Sequence record: MK509462
Direction: 5' to 3' (one strand)
Length of the DNA: 64,000 nucleotides
DNA from: Shigella phage MK-13
This document shows, piece by piece, positions 27,964 to 36,395 of this stretch (position 1 is the stretch's first letter; each line of letters opens with the position of its first letter). The notes under the pieces are model-generated. The model made no database searches. It saw only the letters and a program-made list of their open reading frames with translations, and had not been told where the DNA came from. The position numbers and the translations under genes were made by a program.

Positions 27964-27992
27964 TTTACTCAACATGGTGATCCGCCTATCAT
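27964..27992 (+). promoter_or_regulatory. T4-type early promoter (-35 TTTACT, 17 nt, -10 TATCAT)
   Basis: cccTTTACTcaacatggtgatccgccTATCAT. Confidence 0.4.
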
Positions 27993-28020
27993 TTCATCCA
28001 ATGAAATAAGGAGAATCACC

Positions 28021-28707
28021 ATGAAACGTTTAATCCTCGGGGTCGTGCTGGCTGGTCTGGCATTACCCGCCGTCGCCAAGCTGAACTCCACAGGTGACAA
28101 ACTGTGGTCTGATCTTTCCTACTGTGCTGGGTTCTCCCAGGCAGTCGCCATCGACAAGTCTGGTTCCATAGAGAACTTTGCTGAACTCTGGAACACAGGC
28201 AACGTCTCCACTGCAGTTGTTAACGCTGGGATTGAGTTCAACCGTTACAAACAGGGAGCCTATAACCTCAAGGGCTACCTCAATGACGACGAATTTAATC
28301 GAGGCGGCATGGAGGCTGGCGATCTTATCATGACTGGGCGTATGGGCACCCAAGGCCGAATGACAGTCAGACAGTGCCGTTCTCTCCCTTCTCCGGCATT
28401 ACAGAAGGGTGTGCAGATAGGCCGCCGCCACCTGAACCTCATCAACGATGGCAATCAGTGCATCAAAGTATTCGAATACAGCGCTACGCAGACCTCTGAT
28501 CGAGTCCTGAAGAAGGAATGGCGCACCCGCGCCCTCGACCTCAGGGCATGGTTGGTGGAGAACGATTATTACTTTGAAGACAGGGTTCAGAACGGCCTGA
28601 AAGACCTGGCCACGAATCTGAGCGTGAACCTTGATGATCCTCGCATGTCGCGCGAACTCCAGCAGACTCGTGTTGACTGCGACAATATGATGAAGGAGAA
28701 CGAGTGA
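28021..28707 (+). CDS. putative secreted protein (signal peptide, 228 aa)
   Basis: MKRLILGVVLAGLALPAVA signal peptide; AAGGAG RBS. Confidence 0.55.
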   Translation: MKRLILGVVLAGLALPAVAKLNSTGDKLWSDLSYCAGFSQAVAIDKSGSIENFAELWNTGNVSTAVVNAGIEFNRYKQGAYNLKGYLNDDEFNRGGMEAGDLIMTGRMGTQGRMTVRQCRSLPSPALQKGVQIGRRHLNLINDGNQCIKVFEYSATQTSDRVLKKEWRTRALDLRAWLVENDYYFEDRVQNGLKDLATNLSVNLDDPRMSRELQQTRVDCDNMMKENE

Positions 28708-29021
28708 TGAAAGGTAAAATCCTACTCCTGCTGTTACTGATGGCCGGGTGTGTAAACGCCACACCACCGTCTAAACTGAATACCTGCGCCGCCTGGATGG
28801 AGACGTATCAGCAATTCCATCCGGACGACAAAGATACATCTATCCTCCTGTCTGACTTCGAGGGAGAGCTGAAGCGCCTTGATCTGTTCAGTGTTGATCA
28901 GATAGAGAATGCGCTGGACCTACCAATGATGATGTCTGCGGCCGAAAACAGCCCACAAACGAAGAAAGACCTGATGTATTGTCGGGGGATTGCCCAGGAC
29001 TTTGTCGGATTTCAAAAATAA
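28707..29021 (+). CDS. putative lipoprotein (104 aa)
   Basis: MKGKILLLLLLMAGC: signal peptide with lipobox L-M-A-G-C. Confidence 0.5.
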   Translation: MKGKILLLLLLMAGCVNATPPSKLNTCAAWMETYQQFHPDDKDTSILLSDFEGELKRLDLFSVDQIENALDLPMMMSAAENSPQTKKDLMYCRGIAQDFVGFQK

Positions 29022-29072
29022 GTTTCGGGTTAAAATTTAGCCCTACATTGTGAACTGAAGGAATACACTGTG

Positions 29073-29978
29073 ATGCTCCTGACCAAATCAATCGCTGCGG
29101 CGATTATCGAAAAGAATAAGGCTTTTGCCCCCAACACAGCCAAAGTTATGTTGGTACACGAAGACGCTCGCGTGATCTTCGCCGAGAAGTTCGAGATGGG
29201 TGCGAAGTTCTGGTATGCCGACAACTTGCGTGAGAGCAAACTTCAGGGCATCATCCACAAACTGACTCTGGTCGCCAAGCGTAATGACCAGGGTGACTGG
29301 GTCGGTGTTTCTGACTTCAGTACGAAGATCACCCCAAAGGCTCCACTTTCTCGTCAAGAGCGCATTCTGGAAGCCCAGGAAAAGCTGCGTGCGGCTCGGA
29401 GTACCCCAAAGGCGAAGCCAGATGCAAGCCCGGTCATAACTCCTGCCACCAAACTGCCTCCGGTGAGTGACAAGTCCGTCGAGCAATATGCGGAGAAGCG
29501 CAACGGCAACGGGATGTCTGTATCCAAGATGTCTAAGACTGTTGAGCCATTTAAGACGAATCCGGCAGTTGAAGTTGTGTCCGCAGTAACTGAAGTTGTC
29601 AGTAAAATTCGCGAAGACATGATCGCCCTGGGTGCATTGGACGATCCCTCTGAATTTATCTCCCTGCGTGAACTCGAGCCACCCACCCGCCGCCGTATTG
29701 CCAATGAGATGTTTGTGTCGTTCAGGTCGGATGGCAAGATCATCCTGTGTAAAGCCTTGCGTGACATCATTCCGTGGACCACGTTGAACATGATGGTGAC
29801 ACGCGACTTCAAGCGCTTCGGTATTATGCAAGGCAAGGACTACAACGTCAACCAGAGCGGGACTTATGTCAATCGCGCCATGTGCTCTAAGCTGTCATTC
29901 CCTGAAGATACCGGAACGATCCGCGTCGTTCTGAACTGGGATGACAAGCTGAACATGTATGTTGGCGATTTCCAATAA
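29073..29978 (+). CDS. hypothetical protein (301 aa)
   Basis: Long ORF with conserved gaaggaatacac context; opposite-strand ORF rejected. Confidence 0.5.
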   Translation: MLLTKSIAAAIIEKNKAFAPNTAKVMLVHEDARVIFAEKFEMGAKFWYADNLRESKLQGIIHKLTLVAKRNDQGDWVGVSDFSTKITPKAPLSRQERILEAQEKLRAARSTPKAKPDASPVITPATKLPPVSDKSVEQYAEKRNGNGMSVSKMSKTVEPFKTNPAVEVVSAVTEVVSKIREDMIALGALDDPSEFISLRELEPPTRRRIANEMFVSFRSDGKIILCKALRDIIPWTTLNMMVTRDFKRFGIMQGKDYNVNQSGTYVNRAMCSKLSFPEDTGTIRVVLNWDDKLNMYVGDFQ

Positions 29979-30036
29979 ATCAATAACCTCGGGCGGCTAT
30001 CATAAAGTCGCTCCCTTTCATTTGAGAGACTATATC

Positions 30037-30699
30037 ATGGAAAAACTTTATTCTATTATCGTCGGTCCTGATCCTGACGGATTATTCTTCGCCCCGTTGT
30101 CTTATATTGCCCACGCCCGTATCGGCAGCCATTACGCATATTGCACACGTGGCCACGACGGTTCCAATGTCCTCCATTATAGCCGTTTTAACGATTTCCT
30201 GGCACTTCAACCAGAAGATGTTGTGTTGGCGCGTCGCGTGTTCATCGACTTCAACGCGATGCACAACAACGAAATCGACGCTCGCTATCATGCCATGCGT
30301 TCTATGGAAGGGGGAGACTGCATTTATCGCATCGACCATTTCGGCAAGTATGTTGAATCCATTGATTGGTTTATCTCTGATAAAGTGATGGGTGAAAGAA
30401 TCGTCACGACACCATGGGCGCATGCAGACCAACTTCGGGTGTCTACCGATGCGTACAAAGAAGTCGACAATCTGTGCAACAAGTTCCGCATCTCCGTGAC
30501 CTGTAATCAAGACCTGGGCGAAGAGATCCAATGGACAGCTGAGTCTCCTCATTTCAGCGACCTGGTGATGACGGCCGAAACCCGTTCCCGCGCTGTCGTT
30601 CAGTTGGTTCTGTGGGCATTCTACCAGCGCACCCCATTCTCCTACATGGGGCAGAAAGCTATTGACGAACTCCTGAAGTCTCACGCGGTGGAGGTATAA
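30037..30699 (+). CDS. hypothetical protein (220 aa)
   Basis: Conserved agagactatatcATG initiation context. Confidence 0.5.
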   Translation: MEKLYSIIVGPDPDGLFFAPLSYIAHARIGSHYAYCTRGHDGSNVLHYSRFNDFLALQPEDVVLARRVFIDFNAMHNNEIDARYHAMRSMEGGDCIYRIDHFGKYVESIDWFISDKVMGERIVTTPWAHADQLRVSTDAYKEVDNLCNKFRISVTCNQDLGEEIQWTAESPHFSDLVMTAETRSRAVVQLVLWAFYQRTPFSYMGQKAIDELLKSHAVEV

Positions 30700-30700
30700 C

Positions 30701-30985
30701 ATGGCTGGCGTATGGTGTGATGTCTTGCTGGTTCGTTACAGTGTAAATGGGTGCGCCCAAGTGTGTTCTGCTTTCTATCCGGTCCCATTCTCTTCTGGTG
30801 GCCTGACGGTTCAGCGAGTTCTCGACGTTGAGGCAGAACTGAACAAACGATCTTGGGGTGTGCGTGATGTGCAAGTCCTGGGGTACGATCTTCTGAACGA
30901 AATGTTGATCGATGAAGATCGTGTAGAAACGATTATTTCCCGGGCAGACATGGCATCATTCATCTCCAAAGGAAACACCCAATAA
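30701..30985 (+). CDS. hypothetical protein (94 aa)
   Basis: GGAGG RBS; adjacent to upstream stop. Confidence 0.45.
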   Translation: MAGVWCDVLLVRYSVNGCAQVCSAFYPVPFSSGGLTVQRVLDVEAELNKRSWGVRDVQVLGYDLLNEMLIDEDRVETIISRADMASFISKGNTQ

Positions 30986-31075
30986 TTCCGCTTTATTCAA
31001 TAAAATTTGTTAGTTAAACTGTAGTCCTCTTGTAGTGAACATGAAAGTAAACATTAACCCAACGGAGAAATCCAG

Positions 31076-31354
31076 ATGAATCGTACTGAATTTGTTGCCC
31101 ACATTGCTTCGACCCAGAACATCACCAAAGGCGAAGCGGAGAAAGTAGTGGCATCCTTTATCGACGGCGTTAAAACTGCAGTTGCTGCAGGTGCGTCTGT
31201 ACAGCTGGTCGGCTTCGGCGCGTTCGAAGTGAAGCACCAGGAAGCTCGTGAAGGTCGTAACCCTCTGAACGGCCAGACCATTCAGATCGAAGCGAAAAAC
31301 GTTGTGAAATTCAAAGTGGGCGAAGGTCTGAAGAACGCTGCCAACGGCAAGTAA
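31076..31354 (+). CDS. HU/IHF-family DNA-binding protein
   Basis: Near full-length match to bacterial HU: MNRTEF...VQLVGFGAFEVKHQEAREGRNPLNGQTIQIEA. Confidence 0.85.
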   Translation: MNRTEFVAHIASTQNITKGEAEKVVASFIDGVKTAVAAGASVQLVGFGAFEVKHQEAREGRNPLNGQTIQIEAKNVVKFKVGEGLKNAANGK

Positions 31355-31406
31355 TTCTATCTGACGCGCGGCCTGGCTCTGCGACGCAGGGCATGGCAAA
31401 AGAGAA

Positions 31407-31434
31407 AGCCGGAGCATTGTACTCCGGCTTTTTC
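31407..31434 (+). terminator. rho-independent terminator after HU gene
   Basis: agccggagcattgtactccggctt followed by TTTT. Confidence 0.7.
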
Positions 31435-31483
31435 GTTCCTGGGAATCGGTTAAACTAAAGGCGAATCCTATAGGAGGAAGAAA

Positions 31484-33202
31484 GTGACAGCATTCAACCA
31501 ATATACCAAGGCGCTTGATGGCGTCGGACCAGTTAGCATAGACCGCATCAAGTCTCTTGCCACTGAGTTCTTCCCATACGACACCGCCAACCCAGGACAG
31601 ATGGAGTGCATCGTTGAAGCCGTTGATGCCCTTGTGAATAAGAAATTCAAACACGTGATCATCGAGGCTCCGACTGGTGTGGGCAAATCCCTCATTGGCA
31701 CTACCATCCATAACGTGCTTCGCCATCTGGTTCTTGAGCGCAACCCATATGGTCAGTTCCGCACGTCTATCACAACACCGACCAAAGGGTTACAAGATCA
31801 GTATGCGGCTGAAAGGGCAGTGGCGATAGACATCCTGAAGGGCAAGAAGAACTATCGTTGTCATATCAGCCCTGACCTGTATTACAATGCTATCCAGTGC
31901 CGTATGGCATGCCGAGATGGCCACTGTAATAAAAATCGTTGCCCATATGTTCAGGCTCGTCGTCTTTGGACGGACATCTCTTCTCTGCGCTGCACCAACG
32001 CCGCCATGATGGTGGAGATGTGCACGACGATCTGTATGAAGCCCGAAAACCGCGCCGATATGCTGATCCTTGACGAGTGCCATAAAATGCCCTCTACGCT
32101 CCTAGAGCACACGATCATGGAATACAGCATAAAGGCTGTGGAAGGGTTGCTTACGATCCCCGAGGGAGTGCCTATCGTGGAACTCATCAAGGATATCATC
32201 ATCCGCACAGAGAACTATGAATTGGGCAAGCTGTATTCCCTGTCTGGTGAGATGCATGCGATATTTGACGACCTGCATGACAAGGTTGAAGCCCTGCTGG
32301 AAACCCTTGAGGAACTGGTAGAGGACGAGCGCCTGACTGAAGCCCAGGTGATGAAGTTGTCGGACATCATTGACACCCTTCACAACCTCAGCGACTACTG
32401 TGGGATCATGGGGCAGACCAACGCCAGCACCTTCATCGTGCAGGAGAAGGACAAGGGCATGATTCAGTTCAAGCCTGTCATCGCATCTGATGTATCCCAG
32501 TTCGGCCTGTTCCGCAAGGGTGACTACCACGTTCACATGTCGGCGACCATTTGTGGGATTGACTCGTACGCTCGGTCACTGGGTATCCGTGAGGGCGAGT
32601 ACCACAAGATTCAGATCGGAAACCCTATCCCGATTGAGAACCGGAAAGTCAACTACATGCCCATCATGAAGATGACGGCGAACATGGGTGACTATGAGAT
32701 GAAGAAGCTGGCCGAATACGTGGATGAAATCATCGCATTCCACCCTGGGCAGTCTGGCATCATTCACACAGTAAGTTATGACCGCGCCCTGGCTCTACAG
32801 AAGTTCAGTAAGTACCGGAATATGATTCACGTTCCTCGTACTCGTAAGGCTCTAATGGACATCATGGAACACGCGTTCCGGACCAAGAAGCCTTGTGTCA
32901 TCGCCAGTCCGGCTATGGAAGAGGGGTATGACTTCAAAGGCGATTACAGCCGATTTCAGATCTTGATCAAGGTTCCATACGATTACCTTGGTGATCCTCT
33001 GGTGGCTCACGTCAACAGTGTAGACCCATCGGCGTACTTCAGGATGGCGGTACTGCGTATCGTTCAGATGTGCGGGCGTTCGGTCAGGGGCGTGAATGAC
33101 TGGGCTGCGACATACATCCTTGATTCTTCTTTTGAATCACTGATGATGCGCAACCCAGAGTTCTTCCCCGCTTGGTTTACTGATGCCGTGTTCGAGGTTT
33201 AG
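31484..33202 (+). CDS. DinG/XPD-like SF2 helicase with Cys-rich (Fe-S-type) insertion
   Basis: Walker A APTGVGKS, DECH box, eight Cys between them; GTG start with TAGGAGG RBS. Confidence 0.7.
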   Translation: MTAFNQYTKALDGVGPVSIDRIKSLATEFFPYDTANPGQMECIVEAVDALVNKKFKHVIIEAPTGVGKSLIGTTIHNVLRHLVLERNPYGQFRTSITTPTKGLQDQYAAERAVAIDILKGKKNYRCHISPDLYYNAIQCRMACRDGHCNKNRCPYVQARRLWTDISSLRCTNAAMMVEMCTTICMKPENRADMLILDECHKMPSTLLEHTIMEYSIKAVEGLLTIPEGVPIVELIKDIIIRTENYELGKLYSLSGEMHAIFDDLHDKVEALLETLEELVEDERLTEAQVMKLSDIIDTLHNLSDYCGIMGQTNASTFIVQEKDKGMIQFKPVIASDVSQFGLFRKGDYHVHMSATICGIDSYARSLGIREGEYHKIQIGNPIPIENRKVNYMPIMKMTANMGDYEMKKLAEYVDEIIAFHPGQSGIIHTVSYDRALALQKFSKYRNMIHVPRTRKALMDIMEHAFRTKKPCVIASPAMEEGYDFKGDYSRFQILIKVPYDYLGDPLVAHVNSVDPSAYFRMAVLRIVQMCGRSVRGVNDWAATYILDSSFESLMMRNPEFFPAWFTDAVFEV

Positions 33203-33966
33203 TAACCAGCGATAAACGACAGATGGCATTTGACATTCGGCTCCAGGGAAGTAACAGAGACTGTCATGCTATCTGTGTCTTGACTGAAGTCAATGGTGGC
33301 GAGAGGTTTGGTCTGAACATGGTTGTAGACGCTGTAGAACAGATCCTCGCCACGATATCCTACTTTTCCGTCGGTGTCCTGCCAATGACCCAGTGTCTCA
33401 TCGTAGACATGCACTCTGAACTCGATCATATGGAAGAGCGCCTTGGGGATGTCCTTGAGTACGCTGGTGCCAACCACAGGGATCTCAATGGAAGAGTCAT
33501 TGGAGTTCCCTTCATAGACCGAAGCCCATGCAAAGGTAGGATCACCCCCAGCAACCGGGGTACGCTTCCAGTATTGGAATTCGGGGTTGCCTGAAGCGTT
33601 CTTCTGAAGTAGAATGACCTCACCACCCGTGAAGTTCGCGGTGTCGATGTCGCCTCGCTCAAGTTCATCTGCCGGAGACCCAATAAATTTCCAGCCTTCG
33701 CGATCCAGTAAAGACTTATAATAGTCAGTGAACACGTTGCTGTCTTCTGCAGCGTTGATGGCATCTTTGAGGCCTTGGCCTGTTACCATCTCGTTGAGCT
33801 TCAACCACATGTTCTTGACGGCAGACGCTGCTGCGACTTGCCCAACAGTCCCACCTGCAGCATAATCATAGATGATATCTTCTGACTTGATAGCATCATT
33901 GATAGAAAGGAGCAATTGCTCAATCTGCGGGGCGGTGAGACTGAAACGATATGCGCGGGGTGCCAT
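33199..33966 (-). CDS. hypothetical late protein (255 aa), probably virion-associated
   Basis: Minus-strand ORF with GAGGAA RBS and an exact TATAAATA late-promoter motif about 35 nt upstream. Confidence 0.5.
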   Translation of the reverse strand: MAPRAYRFSLTAPQIEQLLLSINDAIKSEDIIYDYAAGGTVGQVAAASAVKNMWLKLNEMVTGQGLKDAINAAEDSNVFTDYYKSLLDREGWKFIGSPADELERGDIDTANFTGGEVILLQKNASGNPEFQYWKRTPVAGGDPTFAWASVYEGNSNDSSIEIPVVGTSVLKDIPKALFHMIEFRVHVYDETLGHWQDTDGKVGYRGEDLFYSVYNHVQTKPLATIDFSQDTDSMTVSVTSLEPNVKCHLSFIAGY

Positions 33967-34001
33967 AGTTTCATTCCTCTTTCTATAAAACCAGTTTGGG
34001 A

Positions 34002-34009
34002 TATTTATA
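34002..34009 (-). promoter_or_regulatory. T4-type late promoter motif TATAAATA (minus strand)
   Basis: Exact TATAAATA on minus strand upstream of 33966 start. Confidence 0.5.
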
Positions 34010-34011
34010 TC

Positions 34012-34539
34012 ATGATAGAAATTTATTCTGACGGGGGTTCTAACCCGAAGACCAACCAGGCCGCAGGATGGGCATTTGTCATCAGGCCAATATCGGGTAT
34101 GCAATGGAAGGTGTTCTTCGGTCACCTGCCTCCCCCGTCCACCAACAACATCGCCGAGTTGTTGGGTGTGACCAACGCATTGAAGCTGCTGTGGGCATTC
34201 TCAGGAAAGGGTGAGCGCAGAATACCAAAGGCAACAATTTGGTCTGACAGTCAATACACCATCAAGAGCGTCACCGAATGGCGAGCGAAGTGGGAGTATC
34301 AGGGTTTCCCAGACAAGAACGTTGAACTCATCAAAGATCTGTTCAGAATCTATGATCTCGTTTGTTCAATTTGTGAAGTTGAACTAAAATGGGTTAAGGG
34401 TCATGCGGGGCACGAAGGTAACGAACTTGCCGATGACTGGGCCACAGCAGCCAAAAACGACAGCAACTTCCTGATTGAGAATGACAAGATCTCAGTGAAG
34501 AAGGTTGTTGGATCTTTTGATGAATTTATCGGTATCTGA
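34012..34539 (+). CDS. rnhA: ribonuclease HI
   Basis: DGG...TNNIAEL...SDSQY...KWVKGHAGHEGNELADDWA matches RNase HI DEDD active-site pattern. Confidence 0.85.
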   Translation: MIEIYSDGGSNPKTNQAAGWAFVIRPISGMQWKVFFGHLPPPSTNNIAELLGVTNALKLLWAFSGKGERRIPKATIWSDSQYTIKSVTEWRAKWEYQGFPDKNVELIKDLFRIYDLVCSICEVELKWVKGHAGHEGNELADDWATAAKNDSNFLIENDKISVKKVVGSFDEFIGI

Positions 34540-34550
34540 GGGTTCCCACA

Positions 34551-35279
34551 ATGGGTATGAATTATGTTGATCGTGGCGAGAATGTCGTCAAATATTTCAC
34601 GGACGAAGATAACGAGCGTGTCATCAGTATCCTTCGTGATTGGATCCCTGCTCGTAAGAAGGCTCTGGCTGAAGGCACCAGGCTTCCAAAGATCCCCAAC
34701 TATGTTGCTCTACAGGTCCAGCGCATCATCACCAAGATGAGCACCCGCTACAACTATCGCGACTATCCCTTCCGTGAAGACATGGTCTCTGAAGCAATCG
34801 TCAACATCCTGCGTTACCTCCACACCTTTGACGTCGACCACATTGGAAAGAAAGGGAAGATCAACTTCTTCTCTTGGGTGACCATGTGTGCGGATCGCTC
34901 ATTTGCTCGTAAACTGAATATCGAAGAAGAACATACGTACATCAAATTGCGCTCATTTGAAGAGGCGGGTGGGTTCGCAGGCCTAGCAGACGATCCCGAC
35001 TTCCAACAAGAGATCTTTGTTGACGCGACAGGGATTGGTATGGACTTCCGTGAACGTATCGGCAACTTTGAGAACAAAAAGGACGCTCAAAGGCAGAAGG
35101 AGCGAGAGAAGGTGGAGGCAGCTCGTCTCGCAGAATCGAATAAAAAGATTGCGAAAGGCATACTTCAATACATGGCGCAGGCTAAGAATACGGTAACAGC
35201 GCAGGCCGAAGACAATTCAGATCAGGACTTCGGCAAAACCCAATTCGATTTGGACGAAACCGAAGGAGAAACAGAATAA
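34551..35279 (+). CDS. late-transcription sigma factor, gp55-like
   Basis: Central region resembles T4 gp55 (ILRDW...NILRYLHTFD vs IIDW...IKGLHNFD); precedes gp47/gp46 as in T4. Confidence 0.7.
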   Translation: MGMNYVDRGENVVKYFTDEDNERVISILRDWIPARKKALAEGTRLPKIPNYVALQVQRIITKMSTRYNYRDYPFREDMVSEAIVNILRYLHTFDVDHIGKKGKINFFSWVTMCADRSFARKLNIEEEHTYIKLRSFEEAGGFAGLADDPDFQQEIFVDATGIGMDFRERIGNFENKKDAQRQKEREKVEAARLAESNKKIAKGILQYMAQAKNTVTAQAEDNSDQDFGKTQFDLDETEGETE

Positions 35280-36394
35280 TGGCGATTGCTAAAATCGGCG
35301 ATCTGCATATCGGGAGCCGTAATGGTTCCCGTTACGTTCGCGACTTCATCAAGAACTACCTCATCAATTATTTCATCCCTGAACTTGTCGCCTCCGACAT
35401 CCATGAGGTGTGGCAGTTTGGTGACACATTTGATGTCCGCAAATTCATGTACGGTCGTGACAAGGACTGGTTGAAAGATGAGCTGACTCCGGCGCTGAAA
35501 GAGGCTGGTATCAAGTGGAATGGCATTGTTGGCAACCACGACATCACCCTGGAAGAGTCCAACCGCATCAACTGGCCATCCTACCTGAACGAACTCGACC
35601 CAGATGTGTACTGCTACTACAGCGAACCGACCGAAGTGATGATCGAGGGTGTCAAGACTCTGCTCCTACCGTGGATCAATAAGGAAAACTACGATGCATC
35701 TATTGCGGCGATACACGCTACGGACGCCAAGTACTGTTTTGCGCATCTGGAGTTGGCGGGGTTCAAAATGTACCAGTCCTCTACTTGTGATCACGGTCAG
35801 ATCGACGTTGCGCTCCTTTCCAAGTTTGACAGGGTCGACACGGGGCATTTCCATACCCGTTCGATGGAAGGTAACATTCAGTATCTTGGGACTCCGTATC
35901 ACCTGAATTGGGAAGACTACAAAGACGGCACCAACCGTGGCTTCTATGTGGACGACATGCGCGGCGGAGAGGTATTCATCCCCAACAGCGAGCACCAGAC
36001 GTTGTTCCGCTATGTGGAGTATGACTACACCAAGCTGTCCTCAGACGATGAGGGTAACTGGATCGACCCGGAATGGCTGAACACAGGCTTGGGTATTGAA
36101 GGACAGATCGTTAAGGTAATCGTACAGAACCGCGACAATGCTAAGCATTATGAAAAGTTCTGTGATGCCATGAAGCGCTGCAAGTGCATTGACTACAACT
36201 TCATCGACCGGACTATCACCGTGGCGGCTGAGAAGGTTGAGGTCACCGAAGAGATGGTGGCAACCGATGCAGTGGAAGTCCTGAAGAAGGATATCCGCGC
36301 CGGGAACAACATCCAGCGCCCTGAAAACGTCTGTAAACTTGCAGAGCACTTCTACAATGCTGCCCAACAACGCCTGAACAAACTGGACGCATAA
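35279..36394 (+). CDS. recombination nuclease subunit gp47-like (Mre11 family)
   Basis: Phosphoesterase motifs GDLH, GDTFD, GNHD, H..H; T4 gp47-like. Confidence 0.85.
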   Translation: MAIAKIGDLHIGSRNGSRYVRDFIKNYLINYFIPELVASDIHEVWQFGDTFDVRKFMYGRDKDWLKDELTPALKEAGIKWNGIVGNHDITLEESNRINWPSYLNELDPDVYCYYSEPTEVMIEGVKTLLLPWINKENYDASIAAIHATDAKYCFAHLELAGFKMYQSSTCDHGQIDVALLSKFDRVDTGHFHTRSMEGNIQYLGTPYHLNWEDYKDGTNRGFYVDDMRGGEVFIPNSEHQTLFRYVEYDYTKLSSDDEGNWIDPEWLNTGLGIEGQIVKVIVQNRDNAKHYEKFCDAMKRCKCIDYNFIDRTITVAAEKVEVTEEMVATDAVEVLKKDIRAGNNIQRPENVCKLAEHFYNAAQQRLNKLDA

Positions 36395-36395
36395 C

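Noticed and set aside
29088-29831. 247-aa minus-strand ORF
   Set aside because: Overlaps + strand gene 29073..29978, which has the conserved initiation context; the minus-strand translation is Arg/His/Trp-rich and unprotein-like.
30082-30702. 206-aa minus-strand ORF
   Set aside because: Overlaps + strand gene 30037..30699, which has the conserved ctatatcATG start context.
31010-31726. 238-aa minus-strand ORF
   Set aside because: Spans the HU gene, its terminator and the helicase start on the opposite strand; HU homology on the + strand is unambiguous.
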